Notes: a model not told the origin generated them from the letters alone. Counted from the first letter of the whole stretch, positions 9,776 to 21,187 are shown. The stretch is 63,688 nt of DNA, filler included, from an uncultured Chlamydiae bacterium (GCA_937899275.1; 4 parts of 4 records of this genome joined end to end with filler, not necessarily neighbours in it); one strand, 5' to 3'. Numbers and translations: made by a program.

Positions 9776-10749
9776 GGCGTCAGCCCCGATCCTCCGCAGG
9801 CAAGGGCAAGCCCTGCAAGTTCACTTATCTCGGACTTTAAGGAAGCTACTGCAATTTTGCAGGCATTTTTCGGCATATCCCAACAAAATAAAGGCAGCTT
9901 TTTTTCTAGAAAAGGAAATAACAAATCTTCCATATGCAACGCGATGGTACCTAAAATCAACACTTCAGGATTTAGCGTCATGAGCAATATTCCAATACCC
10001 TGCGCCATTCTTGTTGTGAACTCTTCCCATAGCTCTTTTGCTAAAGGATCTTTTTTTCGAAGAGCTTTTGCAAAATGGGGTAGATCGATCTGATCGATTT
10101 TTCCCCCTGCTTCTTGTAAAATAACTCCGCTTTTTTTCTCATTTGCTACAGCATGTTGGATGGTTTTTCGGAAATTTGCGCCGCCGCAGTACACCTCAAA
10201 GCATCCTTTTTGACCGCAGGGACAGCTAGGTCCTTTTGTATCTAATGTGAAGTGGCCTACTTCTCCTGCGGTATCGCTTGCCCCTTGTACAAGTTTTCCA
10301 TTGAGTAAAATGCCTGCGCCTATGCCTGTACTGCAGGTAAGGTATATGAGGTTTTGCGCTTTTCTATAAGCGCCAAAAAGGTGCTCTGCTAGCACCTGCG
10401 CATTGGCGTCATTATTGAAAAAAATCGGCGCTTTGATCTTTTTTTGTAGTTCTTGTGCAATAGGTGCGTTTTCCCATCCAGGCAAGTTAGGAGGCGAAAG
10501 TATTTTTCCCTGCACTACAGATAAAGGACCTGGTGCAGAAATCCCCATAGAGGCAATAGCGCTTTTTTCTAAAGAGAGTTTTTCTAAAAGATGGTGGATT
10601 GTTTCTAAAATGGCTTTACAGCCCTTTTGCCATGTAGGAACGCTTTTTGTAGCAATGCGCGTAGATGCGTAGATAGCCCCTGAGCTATCTCCTATACAGA
10701 TAGAGATTTTTGTCCCCCCGATATCAATACCTACAAGTGCGCGCTGCAT
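9757..10749 (-). CDS. ROK family sugar kinase (glucokinase)
   Basis: GIDIGGT, NDANA, GEVGH and CPCGQKGCFE motifs; no HTH. Confidence 0.92.
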   Translation of the reverse strand: MQRALVGIDIGGTKISICIGDSSGAIYASTRIATKSVPTWQKGCKAILETIHHLLEKLSLEKSAIASMGISAPGPLSVVQGKILSPPNLPGWENAPIAQELQKKIKAPIFFNNDANAQVLAEHLFGAYRKAQNLIYLTCSTGIGAGILLNGKLVQGASDTAGEVGHFTLDTKGPSCPCGQKGCFEVYCGGANFRKTIQHAVANEKKSGVILQEAGGKIDQIDLPHFAKALRKKDPLAKELWEEFTTRMAQGIGILLMTLNPEVLILGTIALHMEDLLFPFLEKKLPLFCWDMPKNACKIAVASLKSEISELAGLALACGGSGLTPYQMRK

Positions 10750-10829
10750 TACTGTACGTTAGAAAAAAACGGGTTTCTTACCAAGACTTTTTTATTGTAT
10801 GAAGAGCTTTTTTGTTGTAGTTTTTGTAA

Positions 10830-11543
10830 ATGGTATCAGTTGTTTCTAAACTAGCTCACTGGCTTTATGCCTTCTTTACCGACTGTCTTTGTAGGACAGT
10901 TTTTTTTCTGACATTTCCTCTTTCTTTTTTTCCTTTAGAGTCAAAAAAACACCGAAAAAACCCTATTTTACTTGTCCACGGCTACATGCATCAAAGCAGC
11001 GTTTGGGCATACCACCTCTACCATCTTCGAAAAAAAGGTGAGGGACCTATCTACACCATCAATTTAGGAGCTCCCTTTAGCAGCCTAGAGGAGTTTAGTC
11101 GAAAAGTAGCGGAAAAAATCACATGCATTGCAGAGGAGTATCCAGACCTTCCCATTACCTTAATCGGCCACTCTATGGGAGGGCTTGTGTGTATTCATGC
11201 AGCATTAGAAAAGCGCTTTTCTATCCCAGTTGCAAAAGTCATCACAATAGGATCTCCTCTTGCAGGAACGAAGTGGGCAAAACTTGCTCCAGGAACATGC
11301 GCAAGACAAATGCAAATTGGATCAAAATTTTTGCAACAGCTGAGAAAAAACCTGGAAAAACCGCTGGATTTTCTACTATTTCATATAGGCACAACAAACG
11401 ATCAAGTGATCGTTCCGCAAACCTCTTGTTTTCTGGGAAAAGAGCCTCAAAAAGAAACCACGCTTAAAGGTATAGGACATATGGGGCTTTTGCTATCGAA
11501 AAAAGTGCATCAGATTTTGCTTTTCTACATGCAAGATTTATAA
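10830..11543 (+). CDS. Alpha/beta hydrolase (lipase/esterase-like)
   Basis: LLVHG, GHSMGG nucleophile elbow, IGSPLAGT, D and GH catalytic positions. Confidence 0.9.
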   Translation: MVSVVSKLAHWLYAFFTDCLCRTVFFLTFPLSFFPLESKKHRKNPILLVHGYMHQSSVWAYHLYHLRKKGEGPIYTINLGAPFSSLEEFSRKVAEKITCIAEEYPDLPITLIGHSMGGLVCIHAALEKRFSIPVAKVITIGSPLAGTKWAKLAPGTCARQMQIGSKFLQQLRKNLEKPLDFLLFHIGTTNDQVIVPQTSCFLGKEPQKETTLKGIGHMGLLLSKKVHQILLFYMQDL

Positions 11544-11900
11544 GATGGTAAGGTTTTTTCCTATAACACGTATATCGATCCAGACATCTTTTTTGCGGAT
11601 GATGATTTCTTTTTTGATGGTAGATTCAGTAGGTAAAGAGGACAGATCTTCTCGTATTTTCCACTCTAGTTGGTATCTACCAGGATGTACATGGTAAAAT
11701 TCTTCTGCTCTTATCCCAGTAGGATTTCTGGGACGTAAATCGATTTTTTTTCCTAGAAAATGCGCTTCTACAATGGCAGCATCGGAAGATATAGGATCTT
11801 CCAAGGTGAGCTGCACAAGAGTTTTTTCCAAAGAAAACGCTTGTATAGGCAAAAAAGAAAAGCACAGGCCCCAAAGGCAATATAACAAAATACGGATCAT
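11538..11900 (-). CDS. Small exported hypothetical protein
   Basis: Signal peptide ending IQA; beta-rich mature region. Confidence 0.7.
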   Translation of the reverse strand: MIRILLYCLWGLCFSFLPIQAFSLEKTLVQLTLEDPISSDAAIVEAHFLGKKIDLRPRNPTGIRAEEFYHVHPGRYQLEWKIREDLSSLPTESTIKKEIIIRKKDVWIDIRVIGKNLTIL

Positions 11901-11995
11901 ACCTTTTTTCTAGGGTATTTGCTCTTTTCCGTAAATGGCTCTTGCAAAAATCATCCTATTGGTAGAAAAGTAAGGAAAAAAGGAGATCGATCTTT

Positions 11996-12814
11996 ATGGC
12001 GTATTTGTACCCTGTATTTTTACTGCTCTTTTTTTCCGTATATGCGGGAGAAATGAAAAGCAAGACCTTATATAAGCCACCTGCACCTGAGCTAACTATC
12101 ACCAAGGTAGATCCTACCCCTGAGCCAAATAATGCCTCAGTTGAGATTTCTTATCCTGAACAAGGCGATGTAGTGGAAAATCCCGTTTCGTTCAACTTCC
12201 GTATACGGGGGTTTTCTCTGGGCACAAGGTCGTCTTTTCCTCGAAGTGAAGAGATCGCAGATCATGGAGAGGGGCAGTCTGTACATATCATGATCGATGA
12301 TGAGCCCTATGCTGTTTTTACGGGCCCTTCTATGGATCCTTTTGATGAAGATGGAGACTACTACCAGCAAAACTATCAAATTGAGCTGCCTAAACATTTA
12401 TCTAATGGCATGCATGTTGTGAGGATGGTTTTAGCAAGGTCTTACGGTGAAAGCTTAAAATCTTCTGATAGCTTTGCTATGTCTTCATTTTTTGTCGGTG
12501 AAAAAAAGGGAAAAAGCAAGCTTTCCTATCCTATTTTGACCTATAATGAGCCTTCAGCAGAATATTCTTATGCGTACAATACCCCCATTTTACTCGATTT
12601 TCTTGTAACAGATGGGATCCTTTCAAAAACAAGTTACGGCGTTAAAGTAGAAATCGATGGAAAAAAAATCGATACCTTGTACGAAAAAAGCCCCTATTAC
12701 ATCTATGGGCTTAAAAAAGGTCGTCATAAAATCCGGCTATCTTTGGTCAATAGACAAAGCCGGGAGCTAGGTGGTTTTTTACAGGAAAGCGTCCATTTAA
12801 TCCGCGTCCAGTAG
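11996..12814 (+). CDS. Exported hypothetical protein, Ig-like/beta-rich
   Basis: Signal peptide; AGGAG RBS; two beta-rich halves with G-x-H-x-x-R motifs. Confidence 0.8.
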   Translation: MAYLYPVFLLLFFSVYAGEMKSKTLYKPPAPELTITKVDPTPEPNNASVEISYPEQGDVVENPVSFNFRIRGFSLGTRSSFPRSEEIADHGEGQSVHIMIDDEPYAVFTGPSMDPFDEDGDYYQQNYQIELPKHLSNGMHVVRMVLARSYGESLKSSDSFAMSSFFVGEKKGKSKLSYPILTYNEPSAEYSYAYNTPILLDFLVTDGILSKTSYGVKVEIDGKKIDTLYEKSPYYIYGLKKGRHKIRLSLVNRQSRELGGFLQESVHLIRVQ

Positions 12815-13840
12815 AAGCTCATCTAAAGGGACTTGAGGTAAGCTTTTCTGTAACAAATCAATCAAATGGCGATATTTTTTACACTTTGGGTGTCTATAGG
12901 ATTTATGATCTTCTTGGATTTTTTTACACGTTGTTTTTAGAGATAGAATCTGGGTTTTTAAGAGCTGTACATCAACACCTTTTGTTAATAGAGCTTTGAT
13001 TGTTTGTTCAAGCTTCCGTTGAGTGCCTGAAATCGTATGACTTTTCTTTCGCGTAATCAAGGCTGAAGGATCGTTGATCCAGGTTTGACATAACGAGTAA
13101 ATCATTTCCGCGCTCTGTTTTTTAGTAAATAGAAGTTTTTGTAGATCTGCAGAAGATAAGTCGATAATACAGTAGAAATGAGTGATTCCAGTGTCTTTTT
13201 CACGGAGCAGCAGCTTATTTGCGATATTGATCATGTTAGGCTGTTTTTCCAGTAAAGCGATTTCGATTGGTTTCAATTCGCTTGTAGATAGCGCCGTTTT
13301 TGGCTCTTTTGCCGTAACACTTACCCTATTGTTGTGTAACAGTAATTGTACTGCTTTCAGGTTATCTCGCTTCACTGCATAGGTGAGCAGGGTATCGGTT
13401 TCTGGCCCTTCTATAAACGTTAAACTTTCTAAACAAACGCCTCTTTTTTCTATTGTATCTATCAACATTTTTGCCAGTAAATGCTGATGGGAATAGATGG
13501 CGCTTCGCAAAAAAAGTTTGATTTCGTCATTTGTACAATTTTTTGATTCAATGGTTTTATGAAAAGTTTCTTGTAGTTTCCCAGCCACATAAGAAGCAAC
13601 AATAGTATTTGACGAGCTACTACGACAAGCAGATAGTACAAGTAATGTCTTTTTAGAAAGAAACGCTAAAAAATGCTCTAAACTGGTAAAAAATCCGCAG
13701 TGAGCTAATGCATTGGCTACAATAAGTGCGATTTTTTTTCCTAAAAAAGGCATTAGGCTAGATTGTCCGACATCATTTGCGGTTGTAAGTTCTAACCTTG
13801 TGCCTGATCTTACCGCAGTATTATGAACCATTTTTTTCAC
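12797..13840 (-). CDS. Ankyrin-repeat protein, candidate effector
   Basis: DTLLTYAVKRDNLKAVQLLLHN and KPIEIALLEKQPNMINIANKLL ankyrin-like repeats; very AT-rich upstream region. Confidence 0.7.
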   Translation of the reverse strand: MKKMVHNTAVRSGTRLELTTANDVGQSSLMPFLGKKIALIVANALAHCGFFTSLEHFLAFLSKKTLLVLSACRSSSSNTIVASYVAGKLQETFHKTIESKNCTNDEIKLFLRSAIYSHQHLLAKMLIDTIEKRGVCLESLTFIEGPETDTLLTYAVKRDNLKAVQLLLHNNRVSVTAKEPKTALSTSELKPIEIALLEKQPNMINIANKLLLREKDTGITHFYCIIDLSSADLQKLLFTKKQSAEMIYSLCQTWINDPSALITRKKSHTISGTQRKLEQTIKALLTKGVDVQLLKTQILSLKTTCKKIQEDHKSYRHPKCKKYRHLIDLLQKSLPQVPLDELLLDAD

Positions 13841-13947
13841 CCCTTTTTATTAAAAATATTACTATATTATAACAATATAATTAATATTTTTAAAGTTAAT
13901 TAATTTTAAAAGGTTGTGAATTTTATAAATAGTTTATTATAAATACA

Positions 13948-15996
13948 TTATATTGCTGCCATAGAAATTTCCTCTACAGCAGCTTCAAGCGCTTTACTAA
14001 AAAGAGTTTTCGTCTCATCAGAGGGAAATTTTATGGCAAACCCTAGAACAGAAAGCTCATAAATAGAAAAAGAGGAGCTAACTAAGTGATGCGAACAAAC
14101 ATCTAAGCGCTTTACTGCTTGCAAAGCTGATTGGTAAAGGGAGGGATTGCTTGAAATCACAATGGCTATAAAATAGTCTCCATAAGTTGTAAAATTCTTA
14201 TAATACGTCTTTTGTGAAAAATCTTGGTTTAATCCGTGGAGGATTTCTGAAAACCAAGCTTCCATAATTTGTGGAGATAGTACCGTTTGCATAACGGGAG
14301 GTTCTAGAGAATAAAAGAAATGTTCTAGGAGAAATTCCCGGTTGGAATCCATATCGGGAAGAAGCGCTCTTAGCTTTTCAAAGGTCTCTGTCTTTTTTAG
14401 TAGCATACCGCCATTATAATCCCGAAAATCTCCTAGGGTTTCTACTAGGGATTGTGCTACACATTTGCGCGCTTTTTGTAGGTCGACAGAGTAGTCTTTT
14501 CGGAAAAAAGGTGTTTTACTAAGCGAGACGCGAAGAACGGTAATTTCTTTAGGGTATTTTTTCTTCAAAGTGCCCACAATTTTCTTCTGTTCATAGACGA
14601 TATGCAACCCGCTTTTTTTTCTAAATAAAAGGGCTTTTTCCTGCGGTTTAATCAATCGAGCGATGATCACAGTAAAAAGAAGGGCTTTTTGGGTTTGATT
14701 GGCGTAGTGGATCATCACTTGCGGAAGATCGCGTACGTATCTTAACTGATTTGACAGCAAGATGATATGATGCATGAGCTCTTCATCATTTTGCGGCATA
14801 AAAATAGGATGAAGAACATGTTCTACCCGCTGCACTACTTCTGCAGGTAATTTTTTTCTCAGCGTTTTTATCTCTTCTATATGAAAAGGCTGTCCGTCTT
14901 GTTTTTCTACTTCTAGATAGACAGAGCGGATCTGTTCTTCACTTCTACGATCTAAGATGTATGTATCTTGAACATAAGAGATGGAAGGCAGTATTGAGTT
15001 GATCGATTCTAGGAGGTGTTTTTAATAAGAACGCTCTGTTTCTGATAGGAGATTGAGAGTAAGAAGTACCACTAAGGCGGGTTTTTTTCGGGGTTTATCC
15101 TCTAATCTTGTTTTAAAGAGGTTAATTTGCAGGTGGCGCTCTTGCGGAGCCTCCTCTTTTTTCTCGATAAGAGCGCTACGAAATCGATGTAAAAACCCTA
15201 GAATCTGGCTAACATATTGCACGTTTCTTTTGATGGTAAAGGCTTGGGGAAAAAGCAGAAGGTATCGTTTGGTTTCATAAAAGATCTGATTTTCTTGAGA
15301 GATCTCTTGTTCAAAGGCTTTACTTAAGTCATTTTGCGTAAGTTTAGGCGCTTTTTCCTGCATAAATACTGATACTAAATCAGAAGATACCGCAGAAGAT
15401 CGTTGCGTGCGTGCATATTTTTCAAATCGGGCCCAATGCGGGTCAAATGCTGGTTTTTTCTCATGCAAAGAGCTTTTGGCCCGGTTAATCGATAGGATAT
15501 GTAATTTGAGCTCTTCTAAAAATACAGGTATATGCAGCAGTGTACTACGGGTAAGAGCGGCATTTGGCAGCTGTAAAAGAAACGAGGAAAGATAAAAATG
15601 TTGATGAGGGGTATCTCTATAAGAAAATTGGTATCGGTAAGAGGATTGCACAGAGAGGGTATAGCCAGGAAGTAGCCATTTAGTGACGCTTTTTGCCATA
15701 TACGCGTCCATACTCGATGCATAGTCATGTGCATACATTGCAGAAATTTTAATACTAAAGGGGGATTTCTTGTTATACGAATACTGAAAAAAAGGCAGCT
15801 GTTTTTGCCATCTTTCTGCAAAGGAAATAGATGCAAAAGAGCTGCTTTTTTCTGCTGCAGCTGCAATGAGCTCTTCTACTTCCTCTATGAAGAAATCACA
15901 CCCATGGAAAGGGGGAGAAATCTCAAGGATAGGGGTGAAATCGGGGTCATATTTTCCCATAGAGACATCCATATAAAAAGAATTAGATCCTAACAA
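13948..15996 (-). CDS. Large hypothetical protein, interrupted by in-frame TAA at 15022-15024
   Basis: Reading through TAA gives ETERSY*KHLLESINSILP...VQRVEHVLHP, joining the two track ORFs in one frame (683 codons). Confidence 0.75.
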
Positions 15997-16114
15997 GGTA
16001 ATGATTTCTTGTTAAGAAAGATCAAAAATATTTTACATTTATAAAGAATGATCCGTATATAGCAAAGCGCATTTGACGCTTAGGCGGTAGATGTGATACT
16101 TTGATCTAAGAGGG

Positions 16115-18265
16115 GTGGTTATGGATCAGAAAGACGGCAGCATGACTTTAGAAGAAGCGATGGATAATCTAGCTATAGCTTCTGCTATCGAGGATCCTTA
16201 TAGAGTGGGGATTTTTGGTAATAAACGCCTTTTATTGCAAGGAGAAGAAGACAGCGAGCAGATGCAAGGCTTTTGGCTTACAAAAGGTTCAGCAGAAGAT
16301 CTAATTGAGATCATGCGTAAAACCTTCGTGCGCATTACCTTGTATTTGAAATCTCTTTATAAAAGTGACTCTATCGATTGGAATCAGCCGAAAACCCGGA
16401 AAGGGTTGCAGTCTATGATGGTTCTTGTAGGGGAGTCTGCTAATAAAGTCGACAAAGCAATCATCAAAGTCGAGGGTAAAGACAAAAAAAGACCGAAGAT
16501 CGCTAAACTCTCTGAGTACAAAATTTTACAAGAATTTTATATCGATAACATCACAGAAAAATTTACCGTAGCGCCTCCACAAGGAGATGAAGCTTGGGAA
16601 GAAGATCAAGATGAAGATACTCCCGTCAAGGATTTTGAGAGTATTCGAAGGGATTCTGAATATGAGCTTTTCTACTTAAAAAATACCGATAATAAACCGT
16701 TTTTCAAGCGAAGCTTGATCAAAAATATGCGCCTGATGTTTGATTTTACAGAACAAATCGATGTTCCCCTAGAAGATGATCCACTACTACATATTGTAAC
16801 CATCAAAGACCGGGATTTACAAGGATCTGCCGCGCAGATTCTTCGATCTATCCATACGCTAGTCCAAGAATTTTATGATTTAAAAATCCGTCTAAAAAAA
16901 AGCGATTTAATTATCTCATTAAATCACGCAATTTTCTCTCTTATGCTAGCTGCAAATGAGCAAAACCTTATCCATCATACGGTGAATAAAAACTGCTTGA
17001 AGTACTTTTTAGATTTTCAGCTTTTTCTAAAACAAGCCCTTGTATCTGATGACTACCAGAAATGGATGTCTTATACGCCAGGTAAGTCGGATAAAGTAGC
17101 GCGTTTTTTACTCCGATTTACCCATAAGCTTGCCTATGAATTTTTCATGCGCTCTTCTTCTATTCGGCAAGAAGCGCTCGGTTATATCCACCGGTTGATT
17201 CGGAAGGGGAAAGAGGTGGGAGCGACATCTACAAAAACAAGCTCTTTTTGGGAAAAGTTACTGCAAGAACATGAGCAGATCAAAACGCTTTTAGACAAAT
17301 ACCCAAGCGGCCCTTTATTTAAAATGCTCGATACAATGCAAGGGGAAGAAGGAAAAAAAACGGCAGTTTTTGAGCCTATCCAGCAAGAAAATACGCCCTT
17401 TTTACTTTTTTCTATGCAGATACCAGACAAAACCGTCTATCTTCTCCACTTGCCTACGCCCACTAAGCAAAGTACCTTAGCCAAAGCCGAGGTAGCCGAG
17501 GAGTTTCGAGCATTTTTAGCCTACTTACATGAAGATACTTCGGAGCAAAAAAAACACCTTTTGATCAATTTGCAAGACCGCACTTCTTGGAAAGAAAATG
17601 TGCGTGCAAGCGCATTAGAAAATCTGCAAAACCGCGCAGAATACAGTGAAAACATTACTGTCATTACTCTTCCTAAAGATACCGCATTTTACCATCAAAT
17701 TGAAGACTATGAAGAAATAGATAACGCAAAACTTTTTATCGAGACGCTGCAGATGCAATTAGAGCAGCCAGAAGATTTTGGGTTTTTCCTATCTAAGCGG
17801 CTAGAAAATATTCTTGATTTTGTCAAAAAGCTGCTGCCATTACTCCATGAACAAAGCTTTGGAAAGAAAAAAATGCTTACAAGACTTGAGCGATTAGACT
17901 TCTTATAGCTTTTCTATTTTTTCTTAACACTAAATATCATCTAAAAAGTGCGACCTGATACCATGAGTTTTACCTGTAAAGATGCTCTTGATGTAGGGGG
18001 AATGATGAGCGCTGGATTTTTTGCGTTTTTATCTCTTCTTTCTAAAAGCTCTTTTGCAAAAGAAGAGCTAGATATTTTACGGCTACTTATTTATGCGCCG
18101 GTTTTATTGGTACGTGAAAGATCGATCGATACACAAAGGTTGATACGGACAATTTCAGCTTTAGATGCATTTGAAAAGTCTCTTAACAAAGACTTTATCA
18201 AAGCCATCTCCAAGCTATATGATAAAGCGTTTTTTGCCCAGACCTCTTCCGGTAAAGGCAGGTAG
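16115..18265 (+). CDS. Large hypothetical protein, interrupted by TAG 17906-17908 and TAA 17942-17944
   Basis: ERLDFL*LFYFFLTLNII*KVRPDTMSFTCKD read in one frame joins the two track ORFs; GAGGGG RBS. Confidence 0.8.
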
Positions 18266-18313
18266 TCATGCAGGTCAATACCCTATAAAAAAGCGGCGTT
18301 TTGGTAAAAAAAA

Positions 18314-19579
18314 CTATTCATCTTCGCATCCAGCGTCATAGTAGTCGATGAGCTGTTCGTTGTACATTTTTAAGTTATCGGATAATCCCTCTACGTCCAA
18401 CATCAACTGCATGAACTCTTGTTTAAAGCAGTGGCTATCTAAAATCCGCTTTTTTTCTTCAGAGCAGTCGGCTTTTTCAAGAAGTAATGAAAGCCTTGTA
18501 AGCGCTGTATTGATTTGGTCTACTTCTGTAGTAAAATAACTCCGAAATTGTTTCGGGGTGCTGACGCTTTCTAAAAGGTTGGCTCTTTTTGTGCGCGTTC
18601 TTTGCCAGCCTTTATCATACTGAAATAACAGCCCATAGTGGTTGATATCGTTCATGAGTGTATTTGCTTTACTCATGATGGAGATGATGCGAAGGTAAAG
18701 ATCATCTGATGAGATGAGTTTGCCAATAGTCCCTTTTCCGCTGACGATATCTTGTACAATCACGTTCAGACCTCGAAGAACCTGCTTTCCATCGATATTA
18801 AACGCTTCGGCCGCTTCGGCAAAGTTTTCGAGTACAGCATTGAGCTTACCTACAATATTTTTATCTCGAGCCTCTACTAACGACTCCTCTAATAGCTCTA
18901 AATCATGGGTAAATACTTGGATAGAGCGGGCTGTTTTATCCACAATCTTTTGCTGGTTGGCAGTGGCAAGAACGGTGTCTAACTCGTGCATTGCCTTAGA
19001 AAACGAGGTAACAGCTTCACTTAAATCTTCTTCATTTTCCGTGAACCATTCATCGAAGTTTTGTACAAAGATTTGGATGGTTTTTGACATAGTAGACACT
19101 TGAGTAAGGGCATTTTCCAAAGGATCTACCGATACGCCGTATAAAACTTGGTTGGTTACCGGTTTAAAAGCAACGCCTTTAGGTGGAGATTTTGGAATAA
19201 TCGCTACCGTTTTTTCTCCCAAAAGTCCTGTTGTTTGCACGGTGATTTCATCTGTTGTATAAACCTGTACTTTTGAGTCAATATGCAGGGTCAGTTGATA
19301 AAAATAGACCCGTTTCAACTGGTCTGTTACATCTTGGCGGGCGTTGGGCACTTCGCTGACTTTCTCTACTTCTCCCACAGGTTTTCCCGCAAAAGTCACC
19401 CGCGTGCCTTCACTAATGCCTGCTATATTGGAAAAACGCACTTCTAAAGTTTTTCCCCCATCACCGATCCTTGGCTCTAAAAACACCATAAAAGATACCG
19501 ATACCGCAATTGCAGCAAGTACAAATATACCGATCAAGATATTTTTCCAGGTGCTGTTTAAAGGACTTGTCGAGCTCAT
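18314..19579 (-). CDS. mlaD: MlaD/MCE family protein with long helical extension
   Basis: N-terminal TM; MCE motifs GISEGTRVTFAGKPVGEV and TTGLLGEK; GTIGKLI. Confidence 0.92.
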   Translation of the reverse strand: MSSTSPLNSTWKNILIGIFVLAAIAVSVSFMVFLEPRIGDGGKTLEVRFSNIAGISEGTRVTFAGKPVGEVEKVSEVPNARQDVTDQLKRVYFYQLTLHIDSKVQVYTTDEITVQTTGLLGEKTVAIIPKSPPKGVAFKPVTNQVLYGVSVDPLENALTQVSTMSKTIQIFVQNFDEWFTENEEDLSEAVTSFSKAMHELDTVLATANQQKIVDKTARSIQVFTHDLELLEESLVEARDKNIVGKLNAVLENFAEAAEAFNIDGKQVLRGLNVIVQDIVSGKGTIGKLISSDDLYLRIISIMSKANTLMNDINHYGLLFQYDKGWQRTRTKRANLLESVSTPKQFRSYFTTEVDQINTALTRLSLLLEKADCSEEKKRILDSHCFKQEFMQLMLDVEGLSDNLKMYNEQLIDYYDAGCEDE

Positions 19580-20346
19580 AGTTGGTTCCTTGCGCTGGGG
19601 TGATTATACAGAGTATCTTTTAAAAAAGTGATGGTAGGATCATCAATTTCTAAAAATTCTTTTGGTTTTTTTACATAAGCGATTTTACCGCCTTCGTGTA
19701 AAGCGAGCCTATCTGCAATATACAAAGCAGAATGGATATCATGCGTTACCACAATAGATGTTCCTTGCAGCTCTTCTTGCGTTTGTACAATAAGCTCGTT
19801 GATTTGTTGTGCAGTAATTGGATCAAGGCCTGTTGTAGGCTCATCATACAAAAGAATTTTCGGTCTATAGACAAGAAGCCTAGCGAGCCCTGCTCGTTTT
19901 CGCATGCCTCCAGATAAATCTGCAGGTAGTTTTTCGCCTTCACCTTCTAAGCCGACCATCTTTAAAGCAGCCTTTACTTTCCGTTTGATCTCTTCTTCTG
20001 TATACGGCTTTTCTTTAGAGGGGTTTCCATGCTGACGAAGGTAAAATGCGGTGTTTTCAAAAATATTCATCGAATCGAATAAAGCAGCTCCTTGAAATAA
20101 CATGCCCATGTTTTTTACCGCTTCATAGATCTCTTTTTGACTCAGTGAAGAAATGCGGATATCTCCTACATCAACGGTTCCTTCATCGGGTTTTTCGATA
20201 CCGATGATATGGCGAAGAAGAACGCTTTTCCCCACACCAGACCTTCCTAAAATCACTAGGATCTCTCCTTCGTGGACATCTAATGAAAGCCCTTGAAGAA
20301 CCTGCCTTGTGCCAAAACGTTTTTTTACATTGCGAATAGAAATCAT
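19576..20346 (-). CDS. mlaF: MlaF/Mkl ABC ATPase
   Basis: GRSGVGKS, FQGAALFDS, LSGGMRKR and YDEPTTGLDP motifs. Confidence 0.95.
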   Translation of the reverse strand: MISIRNVKKRFGTRQVLQGLSLDVHEGEILVILGRSGVGKSVLLRHIIGIEKPDEGTVDVGDIRISSLSQKEIYEAVKNMGMLFQGAALFDSMNIFENTAFYLRQHGNPSKEKPYTEEEIKRKVKAALKMVGLEGEGEKLPADLSGGMRKRAGLARLLVYRPKILLYDEPTTGLDPITAQQINELIVQTQEELQGTSIVVTHDIHSALYIADRLALHEGGKIAYVKKPKEFLEIDDPTITFLKDTLYNHPSARNQL

Positions 20347-21129
20347 CTAAGAAAACTCTGCGTGAAAAGCATTTAGCGCCATTGTCAAAAAAAAGTCCCA
20401 AAGTAGGATGAGAACGTAACTGATGACCACACTTTGCGTAGTAGACGTGCCGACTCCTGCTGCGCCGCCACTTGTTTTCATCCCTTTATAACAACAGATG
20501 GTCACTAAAATAATGCCGAATACAAAGGATTTGAAAACGCCGGTAAATAGATCAAAGCCGGTGATGTGAATAGGCATCGGATTGTAATACGTTGCAGGAG
20601 ACATACCAAACCAAAGAACAGAGATAATGTAGCCTCCCCAAATGCCCATGAGCATACTAAAAATCGTTAGAAGGGGAACCATAAAAATGCCCGCTACAAA
20701 ACGGGGCGCTACCAGATGGCTATGAGGGTCAATCGCCATCGATCTTAAAGCATCGATTTGTTCTGTGACTTTCATGGTGCCAAGTTCTGCGCACATAGCA
20801 GAGCCTACTCTGCCTGTCACCATAAACGCTGTTAAGATAGGTCCTAGCTCTGTGATCATTGCTTTTCCCACTAGAATACCTGTCACTCCAGCAAGGCCTT
20901 TATCGGATAACTGGTAAATCGACTGCGCTGCAAGCACAAAACCTGTGGTAAAGCCTGTGATGCCTACAACGACTGTGGAAAGAACGCCTATATGGAAAAA
21001 TTGATCTCGAAAAAGAGCCCAAGAAGGAGGTTTTTTTATTCCCGCTGTACAAACACCTGAGATAAGAGATACGTATTCTCCTATAGCTACAAAAACACGA
21101 AACAAGAATAACTTAAGGGAACCTACCAT
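20347..21129 (-). CDS. mlaE: MlaE ABC permease
   Basis: ELGPILTA, GRVGSAMCAELGTMKVTEQIDAL and GGAAGVG motifs. Confidence 0.95.
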   Translation of the reverse strand: MVGSLKLFLFRVFVAIGEYVSLISGVCTAGIKKPPSWALFRDQFFHIGVLSTVVVGITGFTTGFVLAAQSIYQLSDKGLAGVTGILVGKAMITELGPILTAFMVTGRVGSAMCAELGTMKVTEQIDALRSMAIDPHSHLVAPRFVAGIFMVPLLTIFSMLMGIWGGYIISVLWFGMSPATYYNPMPIHITGFDLFTGVFKSFVFGIILVTICCYKGMKTSGGAAGVGTSTTQSVVISYVLILLWDFFLTMALNAFHAEFS

Positions 21130-21148
21130 AGCCTACTCAATTTTTTTA

Positions 21149-21177
21149 ACTATAGAAAACTGGAAGATTCCCGTCAA
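21149..21177 (-). promoter_or_regulatory. Sigma66-type promoter of mlaEFD
   Basis: TTGACG-N17-TATAGT on the minus strand, about 20 bp upstream of the start codon. Confidence 0.6.
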
Positions 21178-21187
21178 AAAAATCTAC

